A DNA stretch of 64,000 nt from the NCBI GenBank assembly GCA_044892525.1, contig CM097885.1:15006001-15070000 (forward strand). Reading direction: 5' to 3'. The notes under the pieces were generated by a model that did no database searches, was not told the DNA's origin, and saw only the letters and a list, made by a program, of their open reading frames with translations. Positions within the stretch are counted from its first letter, which is position 1. Each line of letters begins with the position of its first letter. Below are positions 43,081-56,381 of the stretch, piece by piece. This DNA comes from Schmidtea polychroa. Its lineage: Eukaryota. Made by a program: the position numbers and the translations under genes.

Positions 43081-43357
43081 TAAAAAATATTGATATGTCA
43101 AATCTATTGTTATTTCTTTATTTCAATATAAATTCTTATCTATTCATTAACTTCGGATTAAAGAGATAACGTAATTATAACTGAAATATGTTGAAATTAA
43201 GAGAGTGAAATATAAGGAGTTTTTATGGTTGGTTTTTTAATTTTTGAAGAAACGAAATCAGTTGAATTAAATGGAATAGAAAAGTAGAAGCACTTTTGGA
43301 TTAAATTTTATAAATAGAAATTTAAGAACCTCTTTCGATTTTCACCTCTGATTTATT

Positions 43358-43478
43358 TTCAATTGACATTGTATTTATTAAAAAGCTTGACTATAAATCA
43401 GTAAATATATCGATGTTTTCTTGATATATTTACTGATTCATAATCAAGCTTTTTCATAAATACAATGTCAATCGAAAG
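43358..43478. repeat. Head-to-head palindrome of the family-1 sister repeat
   Basis: TTGACATTGTATTTATTAAAAAGCTTGA...TCAAGCTTTTTCATAAATACAATGTCAA. Confidence 0.7.
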
Positions 43479-44201
43479 TCTCTTTCGCATAAATGACGAT
43501 GAAGCCTTCCTGATCTCGATCTCCAATCTTGTGTACTATTTGTTAGGTAGTTTTTTCTTTTTGCTCAGTTAATAATTGAAGAACTGAAAAAATGCATCAT
43601 TTCATGAGTTAAAATTGTATTGAAAATAAACAGCCGGTATGTCGGGTCTAAGGCAGTAAGTGAATTAATAATATTATAATGTTAAAAAAAGTTGCGCATT
43701 TAACTAATGTAGAAACATATGTAAAGTATAACTCATATTCGACTCTTGGAAAAGGTTATTTCATATGAGGTGACAGTTATAATAACTTTTGTATTTATTT
43801 TGTTTTAATGAATACAAATATTGATTTTATAAAATTAATTTTACTTTTACAACTGGAACTTGCATAAAACAACATAAATTCAAAGAGATTTTAGAGAATT
43901 GTGAAAAATCATCTTAAGCTTATCAATGGTTTGGAGAATCCGTATCATAGTAGATAAATATATGTACAAATACAACCCTAGCCATGAACATTACATTCAA
44001 ACCTTTACTGGCATATTTTACCATAATTTTGGTACTTCAAGTAGAAAATAGATAAACAATATTTTAAACAAGAATAAATAAATAAATAATTATAGAAATT
44101 TAATATTATATTAACTAAAATGATTAACGAAAGTTTTTAACAAAATGAGATATCATGTAATTATTATCAAAACATTTATGCTTTCTATGAATAGTAGACC
44201 A

Positions 44202-44675
<474 letters not shown>

Positions 44676-45645
44676 TGTTAAAATGTTATTTAGTATTTTC
44701 ATTAAAGTTACACGTAAAAGATCTTTGCCGACAGATATCAAAACTATCGGCAATTATCACTAGTGAAGATTTATGACAAAAGAAATGGGAAAAGAAAATA
44801 ATGCCCACAAAGTGCATTTGAATATAGAAAACAAAAAACGTGGGTTGTAATGGATAAATTCAAAATTCTATGATATCAATGCATCTTTTAATTAGGGATC
44901 GGCGTTCTAAGTGATTACTATTGTTGTTTAGAGTCGAATTCAATTGGGATCACGCGACCTCGTTGAAAAAGGAAAGCTTTGAATAAGGTGGCAGTAGCTA
45001 TAATAGCATGGCAACACAATTGGAATTACTCATGTTATTATTACATAACTATTCGATAATTGCATAACAAACATTTAATCTCATTTTGTTTTTATTAATT
45101 TAACAATAATCCTGGAAATAAGTTGGCCTCGACTCCATCTCTCACGGTCGAGCGTATTTCATTGTTTCTGTATTCATCATGTCAATCAATGATGTAATAT
45201 TGTAAACAAGAAAATAAACTCGGCAAACGAATTCCAATTTGTTTCAAATAAGTGCTGACATCTTCCAAGCACAACTTTATCGATCGATTTGCACTGTCGC
45301 AGTCAATGTCAAACCCACCCAACATCTGTGGGCATTTTTCAATTTTTCAGGTGCCCGATAAATCTCTACATGGAATTTTGGGAAATTATCTGTGTACTTT
45401 GTCGAATAGACGTTCATGACAGTTTTTATTCAGACTGTCACAATTAAATCATAATGTCTCTGAAATTTTCAAGTGCTGTTTCAAAATTTGGATCTAGTTA
45501 ATATTTAAACAAATTAATAAAATTTTCAAATATTTTTAAGCAATTTTAAAAATAATAGTAATAAATATCATAATAATAATAAAATAAAAATAATAATTAT
45601 TATTATAATCATATAATAATAAAATAATAATAATAACATAATAAT

Positions 45646-45845
45646 ATTATAAGAACTTTTATTTCTTCCAATTTCACCACTGATTATTTTTTCCATTGAA
45701 TTGAAAAGAGAGTTTGAAAATTTTCGGCACTGCCTTTTTCAAGTGAATTTTAAATTCACTTGTAAAAGGCAGTGCCGAAAATTCGTGAGTATCAACAAAC
45801 ATCGATATATTACTGATTTATAGTCTTCAAACTCTCTTTTCAACA
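45646..45845. mobile_element. Head-to-head pair of family-1 repeats with damaged hammerheads
   Basis: The - copy has lost the 3' strand of stem I by deletion; the + copy (45754-45790) has an A6U core (TTGTAAA). Confidence 0.72.
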
Positions 45846-46751
45846 TAATAATAATAATTATTATTATTTCTTTTGTTTTCATTTATTTTGTAAACTATCG
45901 ATCTACCATTAGTTTTATATTTATAGATTTATTGCGGCACCATTCTGTAACTTTTTGGGGCACTGTGCAGAAAACTAAAAAAAATAAATTTTCTTGAATT
46001 TTATTGAATTCATTTTTATTTATTATAATTAAAAAAAAGTACATATAAATTATAAAGCAAATTTTAAATCTCTTTTTGTGATAAATTCATCAATCACATA
46101 ATTGTAATCAATTGTTCTGGCAGTTACATTTTCAATCGACAGTATTGTTAATCCATATTTGTTTTTTTTCTTTCAATTCGTTGGATTTTTGGCTATTGGA
46201 AAAGTTTTTTTAGTGTATTTAATATTTGGGATCCCAGTGCGATTGTAAAAGCAAAAACAGAAAAAATTATTAAAAGGTAAATTTAATTACTATCGGATAA
46301 ATTGTATTTATTTTAAAGAAAAGTATTTTATTGTATTAAAAGAAAAATTTCATAATTTATTTGAGAAAATATGAAAAAATATAATATATTTAATTTGATC
46401 GTTAATTAGTTGAGAATTAAATTCGTTGTCCCAATTTACAAAATATATCGTGAAAATAATGAAAATAAAATAACCATCTTTTCATTTGTTTTATCACCAG
46501 ATATATCTTTTCCCATATTTTCCCATTTTTATAGAACAAATTTTATTTGGTTTATTTACATTCAGTTTTGAAATAGAGCTTGTCTCTGTTTATAACCATG
46601 AATATTTTTACTGGCAGGCTTTACTTTTACAATCTTATATACTATAAATATTGTAGATCTACATAAAATACTGACCAAAAAATTTTAAAATTACTAATCA
46701 AAATAATATCAGTCCAATAAGATTTTTTAACTAAGAAAAGGTAATGGTAGC

Positions 46752-47254
46752 CAGGGGCGGCTCAAGGAATTTTGTCTAAGTCGAGCGCCCTAGGCAAACA
46801 TTTATGAAGCGCTTACCCTAAAGAATGTCAACGGAAACATTAAGTTTCAATCTATATAAATATATAAGCTAACCCAACCAAACTTTGCCTAACCTAACCT
46901 GACCAACCTTGACTAATTTGCAAAGTTTGATGAGGCTAGCTTATATGGTTTAGGGGACATGGCCACATTTGTATTTTAAAATTCTACAAAAAAACATTCT
47001 TTGATTTTATAATTCTAAGAAATGCATAGAAATCCTTACGAGACGTCACCAAATTTGAGCTAGAATACAGCTAAATTAAATCATTATTTCAAGATAAATT
47101 TGTTATAAAAAAATGTTAAATCATCAAACGCATATTTTAATAAATAATTTTTTTTCTATATTCAAAAAATAATTTATAAAAATATTTTTACGCCTTTCAA
47201 AATTGAGCGCCCTAGGCGGCCTCCTACTTCGCCTATATGGAAGAGCCGTCCCTG
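46752..47254. mobile_element. hAT MITE ending ~410 bp upstream of the zic start codon
   Basis: TIRs CAGGGGCGGCTC / CAGGGACGGCTC; perfect 8-bp TSD ATGGTAGC. Confidence 0.92.
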
Positions 47255-47479
47255 ATGGTAGCAGATAAATACAGTATAAAAATAGTGACGATTTTAAGAA
47301 AACTTTTTAAAAACTTTCTATTGATAAAAAATGAACAATTTTATTCCATCAAACAATAAAATATTTCACTGAAACATGAAATATTAACAATATATAATTA
47401 TTAATTCTTTTCGGAAAATTTTATATTTACAATTAAATAATAGTTTAAATTTTCAACCCATTATTGTTTCTATTCTCAT

Positions 47480-47667
47480 TGCTCAGTTTCTGACCAATAA
47501 GAGAAGGAGTAGAAAAATCTCTACATTAATTAATGAATAGTTGTTCTCGCTTATCTTGTCACGCACTGTCATATCGACAACCAATAGGAATCGAGCTGTG
47601 AATAAATGAGTATTTTACCATCGAATAATTTCAGGTCGATCAAATCTGACAACAGTCAATAATATCA
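47480..47667 (+). promoter_or_regulatory. Putative zic proximal promoter
   Basis: CCAAT boxes at ~47494 and 47581 just upstream of the ORF; TSS not determined. Confidence 0.35.
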
Positions 47668-48508
47668 ATGGTTTCCTATCCGTCATTATTGATCACCGAC
47701 AATTTGTCAAAAGATATTAAATTTCATCAAAATATACAAATCAACCATCAATTGCCTTTATCAATGACAACATCTGAAACCGAGAGATTTTCGTCTACAA
47801 ATCACAATAAAAATTTTTGTACAAATGATTTACTATTGAAACGATATTCCTATGATCCCAATTATGATTTGTTGTCCTCTCATCCAGCAACGGTTTCTGA
47901 TAATTATCCGCCTGAATTTCTAACTTCAAATTCATTATCATCGTTTAGTGTCAACGCTTTGAATTCGGCCGATATTCTATCCCAGACTTCTGCAAATGAT
48001 TACCAAAACTATGGAATGTATGGAAATCATTCCCAGAATCATCACCAATCTATGTCGTGCAATCCTGGTACGGCATTGGAGCCCCAAATTCTCCATTCTC
48101 AAACCGTAGCTCCTATTCATCCAGCGATGAGTTCCTACAGTCACCAAGCTGCGTTCTATCAATTCTTTCACAGGAACGCTGTTTCGGGATTCAGAACCGA
48201 GTTTCAATGCCTGTGGTTGGATAAACACACGAAAGAAGAGCGTCGAACATGCGGGAAATTGTTTTACACAATCAATGAAATAGTCAACCACTTAACACTT
48301 GATCATGTCGGTGGGCCCGAACAACTGGATCACACTTGTTATTGGAAGAACTGTACGAGAGATTTTAAACCATTTAAAGCGAAATACAAATTGGTAAATC
48401 ATCTCCGTGTCCATACGGGAGAGAAACCATTTCAGTGCCCGTTTTTAAGCTGTGGAAAATTGTTTGCTCGAAGTGAAAATCTGAAAATCCATAAAAGAAC
48501 TCACACAG
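47668..48508 (+). CDS. zic: Zic/odd-paired C2H2 zinc-finger transcription factor, exon 1 (ZF1-3)
   Basis: ZF-NC-like [12 protein letters not shown]...[14 protein letters not shown]...[20 protein letters not shown]...[15 protein letters not shown]; donor G|GTAAAT. The paralogue (zicA or zicB) cannot be assigned here. Confidence 0.95.
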
Positions 48509-49512
48509 GTAAATGATTTGATTTAATAATTTTAATTTTCAAAATCAACTTATATTAAATGAATAAGTTTATATGAAGGAAGGGGACACTGTCATCTTTT
48601 TTATATCATTTAAAGATTTATTTTTATATAAACTCTTCAAATTATAACATAAAACACCTGAGGGCCTTTTTATAGCGGAGCAAGAGAAAGGGTTTAATCT
48701 CCACGTTCCCACTTTTGATTGCACTTATTTTGTACTTCTTATTTTCTTTTGGGACGATTTATAAAATTAACACAATTAAAAAGGTAATTAAAATGCAACC
48801 TTCAGGAACTCTAGGCTTTTAGTCTTCGCACTTGATACGTATAAGCGGCACTTTGAACACAAAGATTTAATTTCATCCCTGTCTTGGTATCATCAACATT
48901 GTTGTCACTTTCTTTCACGTTTTACATTCACAAGAGTTCAGAGAATATTGAAACATTTTGTAAATAAATTGTAAAAAATTCAACAACACAAAATCCAGCC
49001 CCCTCCAGGTGCCGATAATGGCTTTTCTCCCATTAAATCCAATTCTTCATCATTATGAAAAAGTTATTAAACCAATTTATAATATATTATATAGTCAAAC
49101 CAATTATATATAACGAAAATTATAATTATCTCACGATAATCCATTTTGTTTGACTGATTATTATGCAATTTCTGTGTCACAATTAGGAGATCCAATACTG
49201 GTCAAATGCCCCCCCCCCCCAACAAATAATATTCAATAATAACATCAGTTTTACATGAAATGGAACCGAATTTTTTGAAAATTCAATTAAACGTAATAAT
49301 TATTTTATAATTAATTACAGACATGGAAATTTTAAAAAGATATATTAAAACCACCGACAACATAGGGTAAAAGCAAATATAAACAAAACATTATTTTATA
49401 ACGACCAATATAATAAACAATATAGATGGACACCAAAAATTCACATTTCGTTGGACTAGATGATTTGCTTGGATGTATTTCACCAACACAATTTGTTCTT
49501 CATTATCCTCAT

Positions 49513-49889
49513 CAGGCCCGGTTCCAGTCATTTGGCGGCCCTAGACATAGCTACATGTTGGCTACTCTACCCATATATGATATATTAATGTCACCATGTC
49601 AATGACCTGGAGGAAAACTTATTTTCGTTTTTTTTGAGTTTTTTATAGAAGTATCGATATTACATATAAAATATTATGAACACAATGTTAATATACACTT
49701 TCGTAAAACGAATGATTAAAAATTATATATCGAATAAGCTAAAAATTAATTAAAAATATTTATCAAACGACGTTACATTATTTTTTTTTTAATTTCAAAA
49801 AATATTTTTTAGAGGCTTATTTAAATTATTTTGCAAATTTGACGGCCATAAGCAGCTGCCTAGTTTGCCAAATGGAAGAATCGGGCCTC
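49513..49889. mobile_element. hAT-like MITE in the zic intron
   Basis: TIRs CAGGCCCGGTTC / GAGGCCCGATTC; no clean TSD. Confidence 0.55.
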
Positions 49890-51620
49890 GCTTTCTCCTC
49901 ACATGCATATTTTGACGAGCCTCCTATACTAGATCGATATAATAATGCTGACTTGACTTTGTGCGGTTTTCCTTTTCCAGTTTCTAGTCTAGCTAAACAA
50001 TTTTACACTCCTCAAGTATATCTACCAAAAATTAATTTCCAAAAATAAATAAATAGTTTGCACTTTAATTTGTTCAGAAAATTTTTTTCGATTGCATAAA
50101 CAATTAATTTGTCCAAACTTTGCTCTATTTAGTCACATTTGTATAACTTTCTCTAAGTGAATTATTTTTGTTGTCTTTTAGTTACTATTCTTGGTTTTAC
50201 TATTTTTTAGTCCGACTTTTATTAGCATCCAATGATATATATTAATTCATTTTGTCCTCATTTTCTCTCAGATTCGATCAATATTTGTTTTGTTTACACA
50301 CACACACACTCAAAAAAAGTTTATGTTGAAAATTTGTGTTAAATAAATAAAATATTGATTTATAGCCGGAAAACAAGTAAAAGTAACGGAGAATTGAAAA
50401 TGAAATGAGATCAATAATGAAAAGGATAAAAGATATTCTTAATGAATATTTTGATTACTTTTGAAAATAGTTACTTAATAAATTTTATATTAACCTAAAT
50501 TTATTAAATTAACATTTTAATTTGTGTTTCATTTAAAAAATGTCAATGTTAAGGCTAGATTCAGAATTTGATAGGCCCATTGTTCGGCTCGTTTTGAAGT
50601 AAAACCGATACTAACGTCCATTCTTGCTGTAAACTTTCCAAGAGTAGCACAGTTCCCCATTTTGGTCCATATTATACATTTTTTATTAATTTCCTGTATA
50701 TTGTCCTGTTTCTACATGATGGAAATCCAGTTACATATGCAACATTCTTTATAATTAATGTGCGTATGTTGATAAAGGACTTTAAGGCACCGAAAGTGTA
50801 AGTTCTCACTCTCAGGCAACTACTACTGACAGTTGACTAATAATGACTTTCATAACAAATTCTTGGTTTGATAAATTTTTCTTCCCTGTCAGACACATTT
50901 CAGCTTCAACATGAGTTTAACCTTTTCGTTTGCCAAACAAAAAAATAAATCAAATCAGTAAAAATCGGTGAAATCCCAACGAGGTAAACATAATCTACTA
51001 AATCAAAATGTATTTACTTGAAAGTAAATAAACGAAATTGTTTTCATGAAAGATTTCATTATAAAGGCGCTAGTGGTTCCGAAAGTGTAGATAGCATGAA
51101 AATTTTTAAAATATTTTGCACTAAGAATTGCATTAGAATGGAACTTCAGACTTTCACATATAAATTAAGGCTTCTTGAAAACCAATTCAGAGTCACTAAA
51201 TGGAAACGGTTATTTTTATTTTAAATTAAAATTTTTAAATTCTTTATATTAGCTTCACCGGCGTTGAATGTATGTGGCACGCAAATCTTGTAAGGGCTAA
51301 TCAACCCATTTCCATTCACCCAGTCGAGCTGACACTTAAAAACAGATCACAATGCGTTTTATTACGTTTTGGTGCTACAATTGCATAAAAATACACTATC
51401 ACATCGAAATTGTATTTTCAGAGATAAAACTTGAAATTTTAACGGCTTTTTTAAATTTTGAAAAAAAATTACATTTGAAAATTATTTGAAACTTTAAGAT
51501 TTTGCATATCAAGGATTTATACTAAAGACTGTTTTCAAATTCTTTTTATCTATAAAGTCTTAATTATTAGGCAAAATGTTTAATAGGTGATGTAATGTCT
51601 AAATCTATTATGCATTAAAC

Positions 51621-52030
51621 CAGTGCTCTTCAACCTTTCGCAGTCGTCGGAACCCTTCCAAAAACTTTCGCAGTCGTCGGAACCCTTCCAATAAAAATTT
51701 CCCCATGTATATGTGGGCATGTATATATGTATTCAATTGGGGTTGTCGATGTGGTAAAAAAATCGAATTATTCTCAAATATTTTTGATAATTTATACTTT
51801 TCTTACATTTTTAGTAAATAAAAAAAATTTCAATGTCATTGTAGCATTTCATAAATTTTCAAGGCGTAAAATTTTACAACAGAAAATTTTCAATGTATAA
51901 AATATAAATTATTATATGTTTATTTATATTGAAAACTTTTTTTATAAGAAATCATAAAATTTGTTCGCGGAACCCATAATTTTTTATACGGAACCCAAGG
52001 GTTCCGCGGAACCCAGGTTGAAGAACACTG
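51621..52030. mobile_element. hAT-Charlie MITE in the zic intron
   Basis: TIRs CAGTGCTCTTCAACCT / CAGTGTTCTTCAACCT; perfect TSD CATTAAAC; GGAACCC subterminal repeats. Confidence 0.93.
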
Positions 52031-52646
52031 CATTAAACAACTTATCGAGCATATAATGTTAAGAAATTTTTAATTTAATTATGTTTTGTATAATATAGAT
52101 GCCAGAAACATATTTATTAGACTTGACAAATACATACATTTAAGCACATTAAAAGTCGTTCTGCTATTTGTTGATTGTTTATACGAATAATATGTTAGTG
52201 ATTTATTTAATTACATATCGTTTTCTTCATAGTTATTTTTTCAAATTTATCATAATGTTTTATTATTTCTTGTTTTCTATAAAATAAATTATTTTTAAAT
52301 TTTGTTGATAAATTTTGTTAAAATAATGTATTTAAATAACCTGAAAAAGTATGGCTATATTTATATGCAACCCTTTTCCACAATAAATTTTCCATTTTTT
52401 AAAGTGGATCTCAGGCTACGAAATGTTGGGAATTTTTGAGATGTAAGTTAAATCTCAACTGGATTGTTTAAAAAAGTTACGACAGTTTGCAATAAATTAT
52501 GTTTATTATTTAGTATTACTTACTACAGGGGTGACCAAAGATCATAGAATGCTTGGCGAAAAATTAGCGATTTTAAAAAATTCTGGCCGGAAAATTTTTT
52601 AATTCAATTTAATACACAAACCAACGGGCTTTATAATATATGTTAA

Positions 52647-52892
52647 CCATTTCGTGGACACATGAAATTTAGAAAATGTTCGCAAAGTGACACAAGTAAT
52701 TATTTGGGTTTAAATTCAGATTATGGCTAAACATAAGAGTACAAAAAAAATCTAATTGGGTCACTAACTCAAATCTGATTGCTTCTGTAAGGGTACAACA
52801 TATGCTCCTACATATAAAACCAATGCAATCGCCTAACCCTAACCCTTAAGCAATTCATAGTGTCGACCTATGCCGACGTATCCACGAAAGGG
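52647..52892. mobile_element. piggyBac-type MITE nested in a decayed hAT MITE (~52526-53035)
   Basis: TTAA on both sides; TIRs CCATTTCGTGGA / CCCTTTCGTGGA; outer termini CAGGGGTGACCAAAG / CTTTGGACACCCT. Confidence 0.75.
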
Positions 52893-53274
52893 TTAATCAT
52901 TTCTTTAAAAAAACATATTTATAAAAAAATGCGAGAAAACATCGATTTTCTTAAATTGGAAATCAATTTTTATTTTCTGAAAATAAAATATAACAAAATA
53001 TTTTTATAATATTTTAATCACACTTTGGACACCCTTAAATTAATATGATATTATAAATTTCCATTTATTTAAAAATTCCCCAATACCCTTCAGGGTTTCC
53101 TGACCAAATAAATCAGCTGATTTTATAAACTTTTAAAAATCCAAATTATTTTGTGCAATATCTATGATGTTTCCCGATGCAAAGATTTATTGTCATTTAA
53201 TTCAACGTTTTTGTTTTAATTATATATTTATTTTGAATTAAATTCTTGAATTATGAATGCCTTATTAATCTTAG

Positions 53275-53852
53275 GAGAAAAACCGTTCAAATGTGACTTT
53301 GAAGGATGTGACAGGAGGTTTGCCAACAGTTCCGACCGTAAGAAACACATGCACGTGCACATGAATGACAAACCGTATTTCTGTAAGCAAGAAGGTTGTG
53401 ATAAAAGCTATACGCATCCAAGCTCTTTGCGAAAACATATGAGAATTCATAACATTTCACCAAATAATGACTACAATATGGATGCCAATTCATACGATAC
53501 CGATTTCAACCAGCAACTCAATAGTTGCCCAAAAATGCCTAAACACAACCAAAATCAATTGAAAGAATCGATTTCCAGTTTCGAGCACGATCATCGAAAT
53601 ATCAATCAACACGAACATTCTGGCTCTTCCAATAAACTCTTAAACTTTTTCCCTTTTCCTCATTCTTCGAATTACAAACAGAGACCTTGTCATATTAATC
53701 CAGATCAATCAAGCGTCTGGTTGCCATATCCTTATTTTGAGAATCCGTCTGGCAGTCGCAATCCTTTATGGTCAAAATCCTATCCGTCATTGTTCGATAT
53801 CACGAAACCTTCGTTCCTCGCCTCCAATCCACATTCAGATTCCGTGACGTAG
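53275..53852 (+). CDS. zic: Zic exon 2 (ZF4-5 and C-terminus); spliced product 472 aa
   Basis: TTAG|GA restores [31 protein letters not shown]...[18 protein letters not shown]. Confidence 0.95.
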
Positions 53853-54473
53853 AATTTGATAAACCTGACTATCCGTTAGATATATCCCAACTACAAAATA
53901 ATTTTTTGAAATTTATACGTTGCTTTGTCGATTTTTTTTTAATGTCGCATAATTCTCTTGACAGGCTCGGTCACAGGGTTCGTACAGGGTATCAAATCAG
54001 TAATTGTGATGCTATTGTTTTATCGGAGCTAAATTTATACGATAAAAACAAAATAAACATTTATATATGCTTTATTTATATTTGTATAATTAACGAAAAA
54101 AATATTAGGGTTATTTAATGGATTTTCAAATCCGCTTTATCTTCTGTCAGTGTGAAATTTTAGAAAAAACATGTGAAAAATTATATTTATCCAACTTTTT
54201 TTTAATAATTGTGATAATTTTCAACTTTCGTTGATTTTCTTGACTCAGTGTGAAGAATCGGAAGTCATTTTTCATTGTCAGGTGCAAATTTCTATTGGCA
54301 CGCATTTCCCGAATTATTCAGTTACTTTATTAAAACAACGATTTCAATAATATTTTACGAATTCTATTTTAATGATTCGTTATTACATAATATTTCTGGT
54401 GTTTTAATTAATAGGTTTTTTGGATTATAACTTCATTTTTCTCATGGAGCTTATTGGAAGGCAATTAATATTT

Positions 54474-54709
<236 letters not shown>

Positions 54710-55039
54710 CAGTAGGTAGTTAGTGGCTTACGGCAGCAATAGGGGGGGGGGGTAAAAAATGTTGCAAACTTTTGATTGCATAACTTTTTCCGTAGACATT
54801 TTTTGATTACATAATTGTTGCCGTAATGCCCAATGTTTTCTGGGATTTTAAATACAAAATTTTTTTTTTCAATAAACAAGCCAAGGATAAATATTATTTG
54901 GGTGGGTCTCCTTGGTCCTGAGAATTTCAATAGAAAAAGGTAGTCTTCAATAAAAAAGCATGGATTTTTCACACTATAGTGAGGGGATCTTCTTGGTCAT
55001 GAGAATTTCAATAGAAAAGGTGGTTTACATTAAAAAACG

Positions 55040-56066
55040 CATAGTAAATTTTTAAAATAAAGCAAATTATGGGTCTAAAATTTAAAAATAAAGTAAATGA
55101 TGGGTCTAAAAATTTAAGTAAATCAAGGTTCAGATTTATTTTTGAAATAAAGTAAATTATGGTCTAAATAAGTAAATTATGGGCTAAGATTTTTCAATTA
55201 AAGTAAATAATGGTTCTAAAAAATTAAATTACAGTAAATTATGGTCCAAATTTTTAAATTAAAGTAAATTTAGGTTCTTAAAAATTAAATTAAAGTAAAT
55301 TATGGTCAAAATTTTTGAATTACAGTCCAAAAATTTAAATTAAAGTAAATTATGGTCCAAATTTTTAAATTAAAGTAAATAATGGTCCAAATATTTTAAA
55401 TTACAGTAAATTATGGTCAACATTTTTCAAATAAGGTAATAATGGTCCTAAAAATTAAATTAAAGTAAATAATGGTTCTAAAAAATTAAATTACAGTAAA
55501 TTATGGTCCAAAAATTTAAATTAAAGTAAATTATGGTCCAAATTTTTAAATTAAAGTAAATTATGGTCCTAAAAAATTATATTAAAGTAAATAATGGTCC
55601 AAATATTTTAAATTACAGTAAATAATGGTTCTAAAAATTAAATTACAGTAAATAATGGTCAAAAATTTTAAAATTAAAGTAAATTATGGTTCTAAAAATT
55701 AAATTAAAGTTAATTAAGGTCCAAATTTTAAAATTAAATAATCAATGGTAAAAAAAATTTAAATTAAAGTTAAATAAGTAAATTAAAGTAATAATTTTTA
55801 AATAAGTAAATTAAAGTAATGTAATAAGTAAATTAAAGTAAGATTTTTAAATTTATTAACAAAAATAGAAGGTGTTTGAGAATTGAAATTTGTTAATGGA
55901 AATTTTAATGAATTATTTTTTAAGTAATTTTTAATAGAAATTTTTATGAATAATTTTCAATGGTAATTTTTAATGGAAATTTTTATGAATAATTTTTTAA
56001 GATAATTTTTAATGGAAATTTTAATAGAATAATTTTTAAGATAATTTTTAATGAAAATTTTTATGA
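55040..56066. repeat. Subterminal minisatellites: ~30-bp AAATTAAAGTAAATTATGGTCC units, then ~32-bp AATTTTTAATGGAAATTTTTATGAAT units
   Basis: Direct inspection; more than 20 copies of the first unit. Confidence 0.9.
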
Positions 56067-56136
<70 letters not shown>

Positions 56137-56153
56137 GTAATAATAAAAATAAT

Positions 56154-56194
<41 letters not shown>

Positions 56195-56381
56195 TAATAT
56201 TAATAATATATCAACCAAATACTATACAACACATAAAAAATTAACTAAACACATAAAAATAACTAGACACATAACAAAACATATAAACATTAACTAAACA
56301 CATAAAAATGAACTAGACACATAACAAACATAAAAATTTACCAAATAACAAATGTAAAGATATATAATTTATTCAATAAAA

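Noticed and set aside
49470..49516. CTGATGA...GAAA on the minus strand as a hammerhead
   Set aside because: No stem II or stem I pairing, and the CTG belongs to a MITE terminus.
52832..52848. CCCTAA repeats (also CCTAA at ~46888) as telomeric sequence
   Set aside because: Only two or three units, internal to MITEs.
53287..54118. ORFs overlapping zic exon 2 and its 3' UTR
   Set aside because: No recognisable motifs; shadows of the real exon.
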